A stretch of DNA of 64,000 nucleotides from an uncultured delta proteobacterium. GTDB lineage: Bacteria > Myxococcota > Myxococcia > Myxococcales > Myxococcaceae. The position numbers and the translations under genes are program-made. The stretch's first letter is position 1. Each line of letters starts with the position of its first letter. Under the pieces are notes generated by a model. That model ran no database searches, was not told where the DNA came from, and was given only the letters and a program-made list of their open reading frames with translations. The stretch spans positions 224,001 through 288,000 of the forward strand of contig CAVZMH010000015.1 of the NCBI GenBank assembly GCA_963776345.1, written 5' to 3'. Below are positions 11,550-21,561 of this stretch, one piece after another.

Positions 11550-12512
11550 TCAAACCGCCTCGTTGCTCGCATGGCCGGCGGTCGGAGATTCGAACCGGGC
11601 AATCAGCGGGACGTGGTCCGACAGTCCGCGGAACGGGCCTCTGCCGAACGGCTCGGTGCCGGTGAGGTCCACCCAGCGGATGCCGTTGCCGCCGAAGAGG
11701 TGGTCGAGGTGCATCCGGAGTCGGAAGAAGCCGGCGGTGGGGAACCCGCTGTGGGACCCGTCGATCTGCTTCAGCACCTCCTGGGCTCCGACCCATCCCA
11801 CCTCCTCCGACAGGTACCGGTACACCGGCGAGGCCGGGGAGGAGTTGAAGTCGCCGCAGACGACGAACGGCTCCCCGTCGGCGTGGGCCTGGACGAAGGT
11901 GGACAGCTTCTTGGCCTCGAAGAGCTGGTTGAGGCCGAAGCCCATCTTCTCCTTCTCGCTCCAGAACTCGCGGGTGAAGGGCGTGGGCAGGCTGAGGTGG
12001 GTGTTGAAGACGTGGAAGGGACGGCCCGCCAGGGTGGCGAGCTTCACGTGCGCGCAGATGCGGCTCTGCTTGGAATCCTTCAGCCGGGCCACGTGGTGGT
12101 GGGTGATGGCGTGCGGGCTGAGCACGTTGTGGCCCTCGACCCGCAGCCGGTTCCGATTGACGATGACCGCCAGGCCCGTCGTGTAGAGCATCGTCGAGCG
12201 GAACTGGTAGGCGTGCGCGTGGAAGTGGAAGGCGTCGTACGGGAACGCCAGCCTCGAGCGCTGGAACGCCTGCTCGAACGCGGCCATGAACGCCTCCAGC
12301 TGGGTGTGCCTGTGCCTGCCGCGAAAGACGACCGTGCTCCGGAGCGAGCGTGTCTCGACCTCCTGGAGACAGATGACGTCCGCGAGCGGCGTCAGGCTCG
12401 CCAGCCGCTGGGCGATGCGCTCCAGCGAGGTCCGGGTGGTGGCCAGCCCTCGGAGCGCGTGCCCGAAGTACCGGACGTTGTAGCTGAGGATGCGGAGCGG
12501 CCGCTCGGGCAT
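11550..12512 (-). CDS. Endonuclease/exonuclease/phosphatase (EEP) family protein
   Basis: LRILSYNV, DVICLQEV, NTHL, VCGDFN, LDHLF, SDHVP motifs. Confidence 0.9.
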   Translation of the reverse strand: MPERPLRILSYNVRYFGHALRGLATTRTSLERIAQRLASLTPLADVICLQEVETRSLRSTVVFRGRHRHTQLEAFMAAFEQAFQRSRLAFPYDAFHFHAHAYQFRSTMLYTTGLAVIVNRNRLRVEGHNVLSPHAITHHHVARLKDSKQSRICAHVKLATLAGRPFHVFNTHLSLPTPFTREFWSEKEKMGFGLNQLFEAKKLSTFVQAHADGEPFVVCGDFNSSPASPVYRYLSEEVGWVGAQEVLKQIDGSHSGFPTAGFFRLRMHLDHLFGGNGIRWVDLTGTEPFGRGPFRGLSDHVPLIARFESPTAGHASNEAV

Positions 12513-12592
12513 GGGTTCCGGGGGAGGTCTCCAAAATAGCGCGGACTGGAAGGCGCGCGAGAGCGCCCGAGTGTCCGCTAACGTGCGCCCTC

Positions 12593-14176
12593 ATGGGAAT
12601 GAAGGACGCGGTCGAGCGGCTGGCCGAGCTGAAGGCCCGGAAGGCCGAGATGGGTGGCACCCAGCGGGTCGAGCGCCAGCACGGCCGGCGGAAGCTGGAC
12701 GCGCGGCAGCGGCTGGCGCTCCTCTTCGACCCGGGCTCGGTGCAGGAGCTGGGGATGCTCGCCGCGGCCGAGGGACGCCTCCCCTCCGAGGAGGACCCGG
12801 CGCGGCCCACCGCGGCGGACGGGGTGATCACCGCCTTCGGCACCGTCGAGGGCCGGCCGGTGGCGGCGGCGGTCTACGACTTCACCGTGCTCGGGGGGAG
12901 CATCGGCGAGGTGGGCGAGCGGAAGGTGACCCGGCTGCGGGATCTGGCCCTCAAGGCCAGGACTCCCATCGTCTGGCTGGTGGACTCGGGGGGAGCGAGG
13001 CTCGAGGCCGGCGGCGAGGTGGATCCGCGGCGGCTCGCCGGCTTCGCCGACACCGGATACCTGTTCCGCGAGCAGTCGGTCCTCAGCGGGGTGGTGCCGC
13101 AGGTCTCGGCGATGCTCGGGCCCGGGGCGGCGGGGACGGCGTACATCCCGGGGCTGGCCGACTACGTGCCGATGGTCAAGGAGATCGGCAGCATCGCCGT
13201 GGGCGGCCCGGCGCTGGTGAAGAGCACGGTGGGCGAGGACGTGACCGAGCAGCAGCTCGGCGGGAGCAAGCTCCACAACGAGGTCTCGGGCGTCGCGGAC
13301 GGCGAGTTCCCGGACGACGCGTCGTGCATCGCGGCGGTGCGCGAGTACCTGTCGTTCTTCCCCTCGCACTGCGGCGAGAAGCCGCCCCGGCGGGTGGGCA
13401 ACGACCCCGCGGACCGGCGGGACGAGTCGCTCCTGAGCGTCGTCCCGGACAACCAGCGCCAGGCGTTCGACATGCACAAGGTCATCCTGGCGCTGGCGGA
13501 CGACCGGAAGTTCTTCCCGCTCAAGCCCCGGTTCGCGCGGAACATCATCACCGGCCTGTGCCGGATCGACGGCTGGAGCGTGGGGGTGGTGGCCAGCAAC
13601 TCGATGTTCCTCGGCGGGGTGCTCGACGTCGCGGCGTCGGACAAGGCGGCGCGGTTCATCGCCCTGTGCGACGCGTTCCGGATTCCGCTCCTCTTCCTGC
13701 AGGACGTTCCCGGATTCCTGGTGGGGACCCGGGCCGAGCAGTCGGGGCTCATCCGCCACGGCGCCCGGATGCTGCAGCTGGTCTCCAACGCGACGGTCCC
13801 CAAGCTCACGGTGGTCGTCCGCAAGGGCTTCGGCGCCGGCTACTACGTGATGAACGGCCGGGCGTACGAGCCCGACCTCCTGGTGGCCTGGCCGGACGCG
13901 GAGATCGGCATCATGGGCGCCGAGGGGCTGGTCTCCATCGGGGCGAAGAAGCTGCTGGAGCAGGCCGAGAGCCCCGAGGCGGCCAAGGCGATGAAGGAGG
14001 AGCTCGCCGCCGGGCTCCGCCCCCACGTGCGCATCGATCGCGCGGCGGCCCTGGCGATGGTGGACGACGTCATCGACCCGCGCGACACCCGGAAGGCGCT
14101 GGCGATGGCGCTGGCCCGGACCGCGAACAAGCACGTGGAGCGCCCCTGGCGGCGGCGCGAGGTGCCGCCGTTCTAG
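12593..14176 (+). CDS. Acyl-CoA carboxylase carboxyltransferase (beta) subunit
   Basis: DGVITAFG, YDFTVLGGS, DSGGARL, DVPGFLVG, DDVIDPRDTR. Confidence 0.92.
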   Translation: MGMKDAVERLAELKARKAEMGGTQRVERQHGRRKLDARQRLALLFDPGSVQELGMLAAAEGRLPSEEDPARPTAADGVITAFGTVEGRPVAAAVYDFTVLGGSIGEVGERKVTRLRDLALKARTPIVWLVDSGGARLEAGGEVDPRRLAGFADTGYLFREQSVLSGVVPQVSAMLGPGAAGTAYIPGLADYVPMVKEIGSIAVGGPALVKSTVGEDVTEQQLGGSKLHNEVSGVADGEFPDDASCIAAVREYLSFFPSHCGEKPPRRVGNDPADRRDESLLSVVPDNQRQAFDMHKVILALADDRKFFPLKPRFARNIITGLCRIDGWSVGVVASNSMFLGGVLDVAASDKAARFIALCDAFRIPLLFLQDVPGFLVGTRAEQSGLIRHGARMLQLVSNATVPKLTVVVRKGFGAGYYVMNGRAYEPDLLVAWPDAEIGIMGAEGLVSIGAKKLLEQAESPEAAKAMKEELAAGLRPHVRIDRAAALAMVDDVIDPRDTRKALAMALARTANKHVERPWRRREVPPF

Positions 14177-14186
14177 GGGCGGCATC

Positions 14187-14657
14187 TCAGTCGTCTCCGA
14201 CCGAGACGGCGTCCTCGACCTCCATCAGGAAGTACTCGCCGAAGCTGTCGGCCAGCCTCACCGGGTCCTCCCCCTCGGCAGAGAGCTGGACGACGGGAAC
14301 CTCGCCGACGCGGTCGGGGTGCGCCGTGTCGAGGCAGTCGAACGTCCCGTCGCCGAGCGCACCGATGATCACGTAGCGCGGGGCGAGGTCGATGTCGCGA
14401 CGCGCCTCCAGGGTCATCCAGATCGCGTCCGGCACGGCCGACTTGGTGAAGTCCTCGTCGACGACGCCGTAGACCTCGAAGCCGGCGACGCTCCCGGAGC
14501 CCAGCTCGAGGAGGAACTGGCGATAGCTCGGCGGAAACGCCAGGCCGAGGACGGCCTCGGCGCGCGCGACGAGTGACTCCGGCTTGGGGCCCTCGAATTC
14601 GCCGCCGCCGGCGTTGGTGATCAGCTCGCGGGCCCGGCGGAACTTCTCGATGCTCAT
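14187..14657 (-). CDS. SMI1/KNR4 (SUKH) family immunity-type protein
   Basis: AEAVLGLAFPPSYRQFLLELG, GDGTFDCLD, LADSFGEYF: typical SUKH signature. Confidence 0.85.
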   Translation of the reverse strand: MSIEKFRRARELITNAGGGEFEGPKPESLVARAEAVLGLAFPPSYRQFLLELGSGSVAGFEVYGVVDEDFTKSAVPDAIWMTLEARRDIDLAPRYVIIGALGDGTFDCLDTAHPDRVGEVPVVQLSAEGEDPVRLADSFGEYFLMEVEDAVSVGDD

Positions 14658-14761
14658 GGGCGAGAGCCTAGCCCGCCGTCGTCACGGTCACGTCTGCTTT
14701 CGCGACGACCGATCAAGGCGATGGCGCATCTCTGGCCTTCACGATGAGAATAGCCCCGGTG

Positions 14762-15355
14762 ATGGACGACGAGGCCACCGGCTCGGCCCTCCGCCAGGCA
14801 GTGGACGCCCTGGAGCGGACGGGCCTGCTCCTGCTCCATGACGCGAAGAGGCCGAGCCTCACCGCGCTGGTGGCCGGAGCGCCCATCCGCGGCTCCTGGT
14901 GGGGTCACCCGGCCGGGAAGCGCATCTTCCAGGTGGCGAGCGCGCTCGAGGACGGCGGGGAGGTGCTGTTCGTCCCGCTGCTCTCGGCGAAGGTGACGCT
15001 GATTCACCGGCGTCTCTGGCCGGCTCTGGTGAGCGTGGGCGAGGAGCGCGCACCGTGGCAGATGGACCCGCTCACGCCGGCGGCCCGGGCGCTGCTCGAC
15101 GAGGTCGAGCGGGCGGGACGATTCCGCGCCTCGGGGCCGAGCTCGAAGTCGCTCGCCCGTGCGCTGCTGGTGCATGCCGAGCAGGTCCACACCGAGGGCG
15201 GGCTCGCACGCGACCGAGCTCGTGTCCTGGCGCGAGGTGCGGCGGCAGCGCGGGGTCGACGAACGGCTGACGCCCCACGAGGCCCGGCCATGCTAGAGTC
15301 GGCGGCGTCGCAGCTCGGGACGCTCTCCGCCCTTCCGTGGAACCGGACGCGGTGA
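14762..15355 (+). CDS. Hypothetical protein (GSWWGHP motif); probable compensated frameshift 15200-15288
   Basis: Protein-like composition (IRGSWWGHPAG, KVTLIHRRLWPAL); function unknown. Confidence 0.65.
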   Translation: MDDEATGSALRQAVDALERTGLLLLHDAKRPSLTALVAGAPIRGSWWGHPAGKRIFQVASALEDGGEVLFVPLLSAKVTLIHRRLWPALVSVGEERAPWQMDPLTPAARALLDEVERAGRFRASGPSSKSLARALLVHAEQVHTEGGLARDRARVLARGAAAARGRRTADAPRGPAMLESAASQLGTLSALPWNRTR

Positions 15356-15395
15356 GCTCGACATCGCCCCGGGGCGCGACCCTGGAAGCGTGCCG

Positions 15396-16136
15396 CTACG
15401 TCACCAGCGCTACCGCCCAGCGCGCGAACGCCAGCCACGGCGCGGTCCGCCAGATGAGGACCCTCAGCAGCTGGGTCGCGACGAGGAACCCTCCGGCGAG
15501 CACCGTCACCCGATGGACCCTGCCTCCCGAGCGGAGGTCCCAGGCGGCGAGCGCGAGCAACCCCAGATCCGGGAGCACGAAGGTGACGACGTAGTCCGAG
15601 AGGAACGACGGCGTGGGCATGCGGCCGATCGCGGGAGACATGAGCCCGACCATCGCCACGAACATCAGCCGCTTGTGAATCTGCGGCTTCCGGCGCCGGG
15701 CGAGCGCCGAGCCGACGAGCACGGCAAAGACGGGGATGTCGAACAGAGGCACCGCTAGCCAGGTGAGCGGAGGAAGCACCGGCGGGCCGGATCCGCGCGC
15801 GGCCTGGTGGAGGGCGGTGAGCGTCCCGACGATGACCATCGCGACCGCGAGCACGGCGCCGGAGACGCCGAGCCGGCGGTGGAGGTCGGTTCGCCTGACG
15901 GCGACCAGGCCCGTCTGAATCACGAACAGCACCACCCAGGAGGAAAAAAGCAGCGCGTGGAGGTGCACCAGCGGCGTCGGCGGCACGAGCGGCGCGTACG
16001 GCTTGACGATCCCGCGGAGGTAGTAGGAGGGGGCGAAGCCGAGAAAGACGAGGAGCAGGAACACCCCCGCCATCCCGACGAAGAACGTCCTCTCCTCGAG
16101 GGTACGGCTCCGCGCAAGGGGCGGACTGACCTGCAT
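15396..16136 (-). CDS. Multi-pass membrane protein of unknown function
   Basis: About 7 hydrophobic segments with conserved-looking His (VHLHA, LHRRLG, IHKRLM, VHRVT); starts 5 nt after the kce stop. Confidence 0.8.
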   Translation of the reverse strand: MQVSPPLARSRTLEERTFFVGMAGVFLLLVFLGFAPSYYLRGIVKPYAPLVPPTPLVHLHALLFSSWVVLFVIQTGLVAVRRTDLHRRLGVSGAVLAVAMVIVGTLTALHQAARGSGPPVLPPLTWLAVPLFDIPVFAVLVGSALARRRKPQIHKRLMFVAMVGLMSPAIGRMPTPSFLSDYVVTFVLPDLGLLALAAWDLRSGGRVHRVTVLAGGFLVATQLLRVLIWRTAPWLAFARWAVALVT

Positions 16137-16141
16137 CTGGC

Positions 16142-16969
16142 CTATCCGAGCCGGAGCAGTTCGCGGGCCTGCTGGGGCGTGGCGATCTCCCGGCCCTTCG
16201 CCCGGGCGCGCTTCGCCGCCTCGGCGACCAGCTCCCAGTTGCCCTTCGCCAGCACGCCCTTGCTCAGGAAGACGTTGTCCTCGAGCCCCACCCGGCCGTT
16301 GCCGCCCTTCCCTGCCGCGACCTCGGCCATCGGGAGCTGGTGGCGCCCCACTCCGGCCACCGTCCAGGTACTGCCCGGCGGGAGCGAGCCGATCATGAAG
16401 TCCAGCGCGCGCTCCGAGGCCCCGAGCGCGCCGGGGACCCCGAGCACGAAGTCGTAGTGCGCCGGGAGGTCCACCAGCCCATCCTTCGCCAGCCACTCGG
16501 CCTGCTCGACCATCCCTGCGTCGAAGCACTCGATCTCCGGCCGGATGCCGAGCGCCCGGATGCGCCGGGCGATCTCCTTCACCAGCGGGCGGGGATTGCT
16601 GAAGACGTCGTCGCCGAAGTTCACCGTGCCGGTGGTCAGCGTCGCCATGTCCGGTCGGTCGGCGCCGGTCAGGGTCAGCGGGCCGCAGCGCTCGTCCACG
16701 CTCATCCCCACCGCGCCGCCGGTGGAGGTCTGGATGAGCACGTCGCAGCGCGCGCGGATGGCGCGGATGGCGGCCCGGAACAGCTCGGCCTCCTGCGACG
16801 GCGTCCCGTCGGCCCGGCGGACATGCAGGTGGACCATCGCCGCGCCGGCCTCGCGGCAGCGGGCGGCGTCCTCGGCGATCTCCTCGGCGGTGATCGGGAG
16901 GTACGGCGTCTGCTCGCGCGTCGTCTCCGCCCCGACCATCGCCGCGGTGATGACGTACGGACGGCTCAT
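16142..16969 (-). CDS. kce: 3-keto-5-aminohexanoate cleavage enzyme (BKACE family)
   Basis: [34 protein letters not shown]; in lysine-catabolism cluster. Confidence 0.9.
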   Translation of the reverse strand: MSRPYVITAAMVGAETTREQTPYLPITAEEIAEDAARCREAGAAMVHLHVRRADGTPSQEAELFRAAIRAIRARCDVLIQTSTGGAVGMSVDERCGPLTLTGADRPDMATLTTGTVNFGDDVFSNPRPLVKEIARRIRALGIRPEIECFDAGMVEQAEWLAKDGLVDLPAHYDFVLGVPGALGASERALDFMIGSLPPGSTWTVAGVGRHQLPMAEVAAGKGGNGRVGLEDNVFLSKGVLAKGNWELVAEAAKRARAKGREIATPQQARELLRLG

Positions 16970-17358
16970 CGCTTCACCCGCTGCTTGTCGAGCGGCACCA
17001 CGCAGGTGCCCGTCGCCCGGCACACGACCACCGGCTGCGCGAGCGCCTCCGCGGCCGACTCGGACACGCCGGGCAGCGGCTGGATCACCTTCCGGGCCTC
17101 GAACCGCATCTTGCGGCTCGTCCGGCCCACCTCGGTGATCTCCCCTTCCGCCTCGATGAAGTCACCGGCGTGCACCGGGGCGAGGAACTCCACCGAGTCG
17201 TAGGCCCGGAACAGGCCCTCGTCGCCGTCGTGGAGGATGCAGAGCTCGGTCGCCACGTCGCCGAACAGCCCGAGCATCCGGGCTCCGTCCACCAGGCCTC
17301 CGCCGTAGTGGGCGTCATGGCTGGACATGCGCAGCCGGAGCACCGCACGCACGCTCAT
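16966..17358 (-). CDS. kal: 3-aminobutyryl-CoA ammonia-lyase (hotdog fold)
   Basis: [51 protein letters not shown]. Confidence 0.9.
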   Translation of the reverse strand: MSVRAVLRLRMSSHDAHYGGGLVDGARMLGLFGDVATELCILHDGDEGLFRAYDSVEFLAPVHAGDFIEAEGEITEVGRTSRKMRFEARKVIQPLPGVSESAAEALAQPVVVCRATGTCVVPLDKQRVKR

Positions 17359-18137
17359 TCCGGTTCTCCCTCGAAGTGCAGATCTTCGGGCTCCTTGCCC
17401 ATCTTTTTCAGCAGTGCGTGGACGATGTAGTTCGCCACGTCGGAGGGCTTGGTTCCGGGCCCGAAGCCCGCGTCGAATCCCAGCTCCAGCGCCAGCTTGT
17501 GGTCCACCCGCGGACCGCCGAGCAGGAGGATGGTCTTCCCCTTGAGCCCCTGCTCCTTGGCCACGTCGATGAACTGCCGGCTGTTGTCCTTGTGCACGTC
17601 GCGCTGGGTCACCACCTGGGAGACGAGGATCGCGTCGGCCTTCTTCTCCTCCGCCCGGCGGATCAGCTCCTCGTTCGGGACCTGGCTCCCCAGGTTGTAC
17701 GCTTCGAACCAGGGGTAACGCTCCAGCCCGTAGTCGCCGGCGTAGCCCTTCATGTTCAGGATCGCGTCGATGCCCACGGTGTGGGTGTCGGTCCCGGTGC
17801 AGGCGCCCAGCACCACCACCCGCCGGGCGATCCGGTCCTCGATGAGCTTGTTCAGCTCGGCGAATCCGAGCTTCTTGAAGACGATCTCCGGGACGTCGAT
17901 GCTCGCGTAGTCCAGCGACACGTCGGCCCGGGCGTACACGACGAAGAAGGTGTAGTTGTCCGCCGCCGGCTCGGCCGCCGCCACCTTCACGTCGAGCAGC
18001 CCGAGCTCGGTGCAGAACCGGCGGGCCGCCTCCTTCGCCTTGTCCGACAGCGGCACGGGGAGCGTGAACGCCAGCTGGATGACCCCGTCGTCCCGGCGGT
18101 CTCCGTACGCCCGGATGAGGTGCGTCTCGCCGGCCAT
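17355..18137 (-). CDS. kamE: Lysine 5,6-aminomutase beta subunit (AdoCbl/PLP)
   Basis: [26 protein letters not shown] (DxHxxG B12 motif), ILNMKG PLP lysine, GFDAGFGPG. Confidence 0.93.
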   Translation of the reverse strand: MAGETHLIRAYGDRRDDGVIQLAFTLPVPLSDKAKEAARRFCTELGLLDVKVAAAEPAADNYTFFVVYARADVSLDYASIDVPEIVFKKLGFAELNKLIEDRIARRVVVLGACTGTDTHTVGIDAILNMKGYAGDYGLERYPWFEAYNLGSQVPNEELIRRAEEKKADAILVSQVVTQRDVHKDNSRQFIDVAKEQGLKGKTILLLGGPRVDHKLALELGFDAGFGPGTKPSDVANYIVHALLKKMGKEPEDLHFEGEPE

Positions 18138-19687
18138 CACCGCCCCTCCAGGATGTCGAGGAAGGGGTTGAAGTAGTCCGGCGCCTTCTCCAGCACTCCC
18201 TCGAGCCCCTTGCCGCCGGTCTCGGTCCGCTTCACGTCGCCGAAGCGGCCCTGGCCGATGGCCGCGACTAGGCCGTCCTGCCGGCACTCCTCGAGCAGCT
18301 CCATCGCCTTGCCGAAGACGAAGCGGGCCCGGTTGGCGATCTTCCCGTCCTCCCGGACGACGAACTCCTCGTCGATGCCTCGCGCCGCGCGGTGGACGTA
18401 CGCCGCCGACTTCAGCGCCACGTAGCGGTCGGCGAGCAGCGGGGTGTGCATCGCCTCGGTCATCATCCCCAGCAGCTGGATGCCCTGCCGCGTCCAGATG
18501 GCCACCAGGTCCGCCATCACGTCGTAGGCGTGGCTGAAGAAGATGTCGGTCTCCTTGTGCTTGGTCGGCGGCATGTACTTCAGCGGCGCGTCGGGGAAGC
18601 AGCGGCGGATCAGCATCGCCTGGCTCAGCTCGAGGAGCAGCGTCTCCGGACGGTGGGGGTCGATCTCGTAGCTGTGGCCGAGGCCCAGCTGCCAGTCCTG
18701 GAGCCCTGCTCTCTTGGCGAAGGCCTCGTTGATGAACTGGCTGGCGATGACGGTGTGCGCCGCGTCGTAGGCGTCGGCGGTGGTGATGTAGTTGTCCTCG
18801 CCGGTGTTGATGATGATGCCGGCCAGCGCGCAGATGCGGCGGCTGAAGTACTGGTCGATGAAGGTCCGGCGCATGTTGATGTCGCGGAACAGGATTCCGT
18901 ACATCGCGTCGTTGAGCAGCATGTCCAGCCGCTCCCAGGCCGCGGCGAAGGCGATCTCCGCCATGCACAGGCCCGAGGAGTAGTTGGTGAGCTGGATGTA
19001 GCGCTTCAGCCGGCGGGACTCGGCGTCGAGGGCCTCCCGCATGATGCGGAAGTTCTCCTGCGTGGCGTACGTCCCGCCGTACCCCTCGGTGGTCGCCCCG
19101 TGCGGCACGTAGTCCAGGAGCGACTGGGCGGTGCTCCGGATGACGGCGATGATGTCCGCCCCGGCCTGGGCGGCGGCGAGCGCCTGGTCCACGTCGTCGT
19201 GGATGTTCCCGGTGGCGACGATGACGTACCGGTGCGGCGCCGGGGACATCGGGAACTCGCGGCGGAGCGCGTCGCGCTCGTCGATGCGCCGGCGGAGCTC
19301 GTCCACGGCGGACTCGGCCTCGCGGCGGACCTCGGCGCGCAGGTTGCCCTCGGTCTCGGGAGACAGGGGCGCGAGCTTCGCGACGGGCAGCGCGGCGATG
19401 CGCTCCACCGCGTCCAGCGGGCTGGCCGCCCCGAGCTGGAGCGCGCGGCCGTACCAGTACGCCGCCCCCCGGTTGAGCACCCCGGCCGCCTTGAGCCGGT
19501 CGGTCATCAGATTCGTGAGCGGGATGCCGCCCGGGCCGGCGTCGGACATCCCGAAGAGCCGCAGCACGGTGCGCTCCACCGAGATGGTGGTGTGCCGGCG
19601 GATGAGGTCGAACACCGGCTCGATGACCTGGGAGGCGATGCCGCGGGCCTGGGCGACCTGCGCGTCGTCGACGAAGGGTCCTGGCAT
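18137..19687 (-). CDS. kamD: Lysine 5,6-aminomutase alpha subunit
   Basis: [58 protein letters not shown]. Confidence 0.94.
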   Translation of the reverse strand: MPGPFVDDAQVAQARGIASQVIEPVFDLIRRHTTISVERTVLRLFGMSDAGPGGIPLTNLMTDRLKAAGVLNRGAAYWYGRALQLGAASPLDAVERIAALPVAKLAPLSPETEGNLRAEVRREAESAVDELRRRIDERDALRREFPMSPAPHRYVIVATGNIHDDVDQALAAAQAGADIIAVIRSTAQSLLDYVPHGATTEGYGGTYATQENFRIMREALDAESRRLKRYIQLTNYSSGLCMAEIAFAAAWERLDMLLNDAMYGILFRDINMRRTFIDQYFSRRICALAGIIINTGEDNYITTADAYDAAHTVIASQFINEAFAKRAGLQDWQLGLGHSYEIDPHRPETLLLELSQAMLIRRCFPDAPLKYMPPTKHKETDIFFSHAYDVMADLVAIWTRQGIQLLGMMTEAMHTPLLADRYVALKSAAYVHRAARGIDEEFVVREDGKIANRARFVFGKAMELLEECRQDGLVAAIGQGRFGDVKRTETGGKGLEGVLEKAPDYFNPFLDILEGR

Positions 19688-19890
19688 GACACGCAACCCG
19701 TAGCCCACCCAGTGGACCCGGGGCAACCCGAACCGTCTCTGGGGAAGGTTCGGGGATCGCCTCTCACCCGGTCGCGTTGACCGGCCACGGGCATCACGCC
19801 GCCCCTGGGACAGCAGGGGCCGCGACAGACCGCCTCGGACGAAGCCGGAGACCTGCCGATGTCGTAGAACCTTGAGGGAGGCGAGCGCAG

Positions 19891-20310
19891 ATGAGTGAAA
19901 CCGAGCTGGTTCCGATCGACCCGACGCCCGACGAGGTGCAGTACTTGGAAGATCGGATCTACGAGTTCAACTCGCGCGCAACCGGCATCACCGACGGCGA
20001 GTGGCTCGCGATCTTCGTGCGCGACGAGCGCGATCGGATCGTGGCGGGGATCTGCGGCAACACGTGGGGTGGCACGTGCGAGCTGCGCCAGTTCTGGGTG
20101 GAGGAGTCGCGGCGCCACCGTGGGGTCGGGACAGAGCTACTCCTCGCCGCCGAGCGCGAGGCGCGCCGGCGCGGCTGTACGCAAATCGTGCTGTCGACGT
20201 TCTCGTTCCAGGCGCCGGCGTTTTACGCGCGGCATGGCTTCGAGGTCGTCGCGACGATCGTGGATCATCCGCGCGGCCACGGGAATTTGCTGATGAGAAA
20301 GGTCGTCTAG
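19891..20310 (+). CDS. GNAT family N-acetyltransferase
   Basis: WVEESRRHRGVGTELL acetyl-CoA motif, TFSFQAPAFY; GGGAGG RBS. Confidence 0.9.
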   Translation: MSETELVPIDPTPDEVQYLEDRIYEFNSRATGITDGEWLAIFVRDERDRIVAGICGNTWGGTCELRQFWVEESRRHRGVGTELLLAAEREARRRGCTQIVLSTFSFQAPAFYARHGFEVVATIVDHPRGHGNLLMRKVV

Positions 20311-20503
20311 CGGGAGGAGTGCGCATGGGTCGCGGGCCGCGCGTCGTGAACGAGATCGTCCTCGCGCCGCTCCGAAAGTAGCTCAGCCCAAATGTAGGCG
20401 GACACAGGTCGCGACCACCTCGACCTCCGTGCGCGCCCGGGTCATCGGCGCCGCGGGCGAGATTGTTTGTTAGGTCCCGCGTCGGCGCGAGACTGTGGAG
20501 GGC

Positions 20504-20995
20504 ATGGAGTTCGAGGAATGCCTGCAGCAGCACGGGCCCGCGCTCTGGCGAGTGGTGGCCAGCTACGCACCCAGCGGCCCCGAGCGGGACGACCTCGCCC
20601 AGGACGTTCTCCTCGCAGTCTGGCAGGCCCTCCCGCGGTTCCGGGGAGAGAGCTCCGCGAAGACCTTTCTGCTGCGCATCGCCCACAACCGCTGCCTTTC
20701 TCACGCCTGGCAGCGGGCCCGGCGACCCGCCGGCTCGAGCGCCGACCTGGTCCACCTTCCGGACTCACGGCCGGCGGTCGATGAACAGGTCGCCGCGCGG
20801 GAGCGCAGCGAGCGGTTCCTCTCCCATCTCCGCTCGCTTCCGCTGGGGCAGCGCCAGGTGCTCGCTCTCGCCCTGGAAGGTCTGTCCCACGCCGAGATCG
20901 CCGCGGTCGTCGGCATCACGCCGGAGAACGTCGCCGTCCGGCTCGGACGCGCTCGAGACGCGCTCCGCCGTTCCATGGATCTGGAGGCCGCATGA
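20504..20995 (+). CDS. ECF RNA polymerase sigma factor
   Basis: DDLAQDVLLAVWQALPRFRGESSAKTFLLRIAHN (region 2) and EGLSHAEIAAVVGITPENVAVRLGRAR (region 4). Confidence 0.92.
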   Translation: MEFEECLQQHGPALWRVVASYAPSGPERDDLAQDVLLAVWQALPRFRGESSAKTFLLRIAHNRCLSHAWQRARRPAGSSADLVHLPDSRPAVDEQVAARERSERFLSHLRSLPLGQRQVLALALEGLSHAEIAAVVGITPENVAVRLGRARDALRRSMDLEAA

Positions 20996-21555
20996 GTTGG
21001 GATTCCTGGCAGTCGACCTGGGCCGGGGCGTCCGGCCCTCTCCCCGACGTCCGCGCCCGCGCCGAGCGGGAGGCGCGGCGACACCGGAGGACCAACGTCA
21101 CCGTCCTCCTGCTCCTCGGGGCCGCCTCCCTCGCCGCGGTGCCGGCATTCGGCGCTCCCGAGGGACCGGTGCAGGTGATCGGGTGGGGCATCCTCGCGTT
21201 CTGCGTCGCGATGGGCATCGGGTTCGTCGTCATCCAGCGTGGCGTCGGGTCCTGGCGCATCGCCGGCCCACGCGACGCCCTCGGGTTCCTGGAGCGTCGG
21301 CTCGGCGCCGAGCTCCGCGTGGCCCACCTCTCCCGCTGGGTCTACCTCGGCCTCTGCCTGATCGGCGGCGTGGCCACGCAGGTCCTGTACGTCCAGCACG
21401 GGTCTCCCCTCTCCGTGCGCCTCATGACGCTGGCCTGCTTCCTCTTCGGGATCGCCCTGACCTTCACTGCGCCCTGGTGGTTCGGGCGGATCGCCCGCCG
21501 CCGGCAGGCCGAGATCGACCAGTGGCGACGCTGGATGGACGAGCAGAGCCTCTGA
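20992..21555 (+). CDS. Four-TM membrane protein, putative anti-sigma factor
   Basis: ATGA overlap with the ECF gene, N-terminal WQSTW motif, 4 hydrophobic segments. Confidence 0.7.
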   Translation: MSWDSWQSTWAGASGPLPDVRARAEREARRHRRTNVTVLLLLGAASLAAVPAFGAPEGPVQVIGWGILAFCVAMGIGFVVIQRGVGSWRIAGPRDALGFLERRLGAELRVAHLSRWVYLGLCLIGGVATQVLYVQHGSPLSVRLMTLACFLFGIALTFTAPWWFGRIARRRQAEIDQWRRWMDEQSL

Positions 21556-21561
21556 CCTGCA

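Noticed and set aside
19842..19857. AAGCCGGAGACCTGCC resembles the 3' B12 box of a cobalamin riboswitch, next to B12-dependent kamDE
   Set aside because: It is on the wrong strand for kamD, the upstream core (GGGAA..GGTG, GCCCCCGCAACTGT) is missing, and GAGACCTGCC also occurs by chance at ~551-560 and ~48888-48897.
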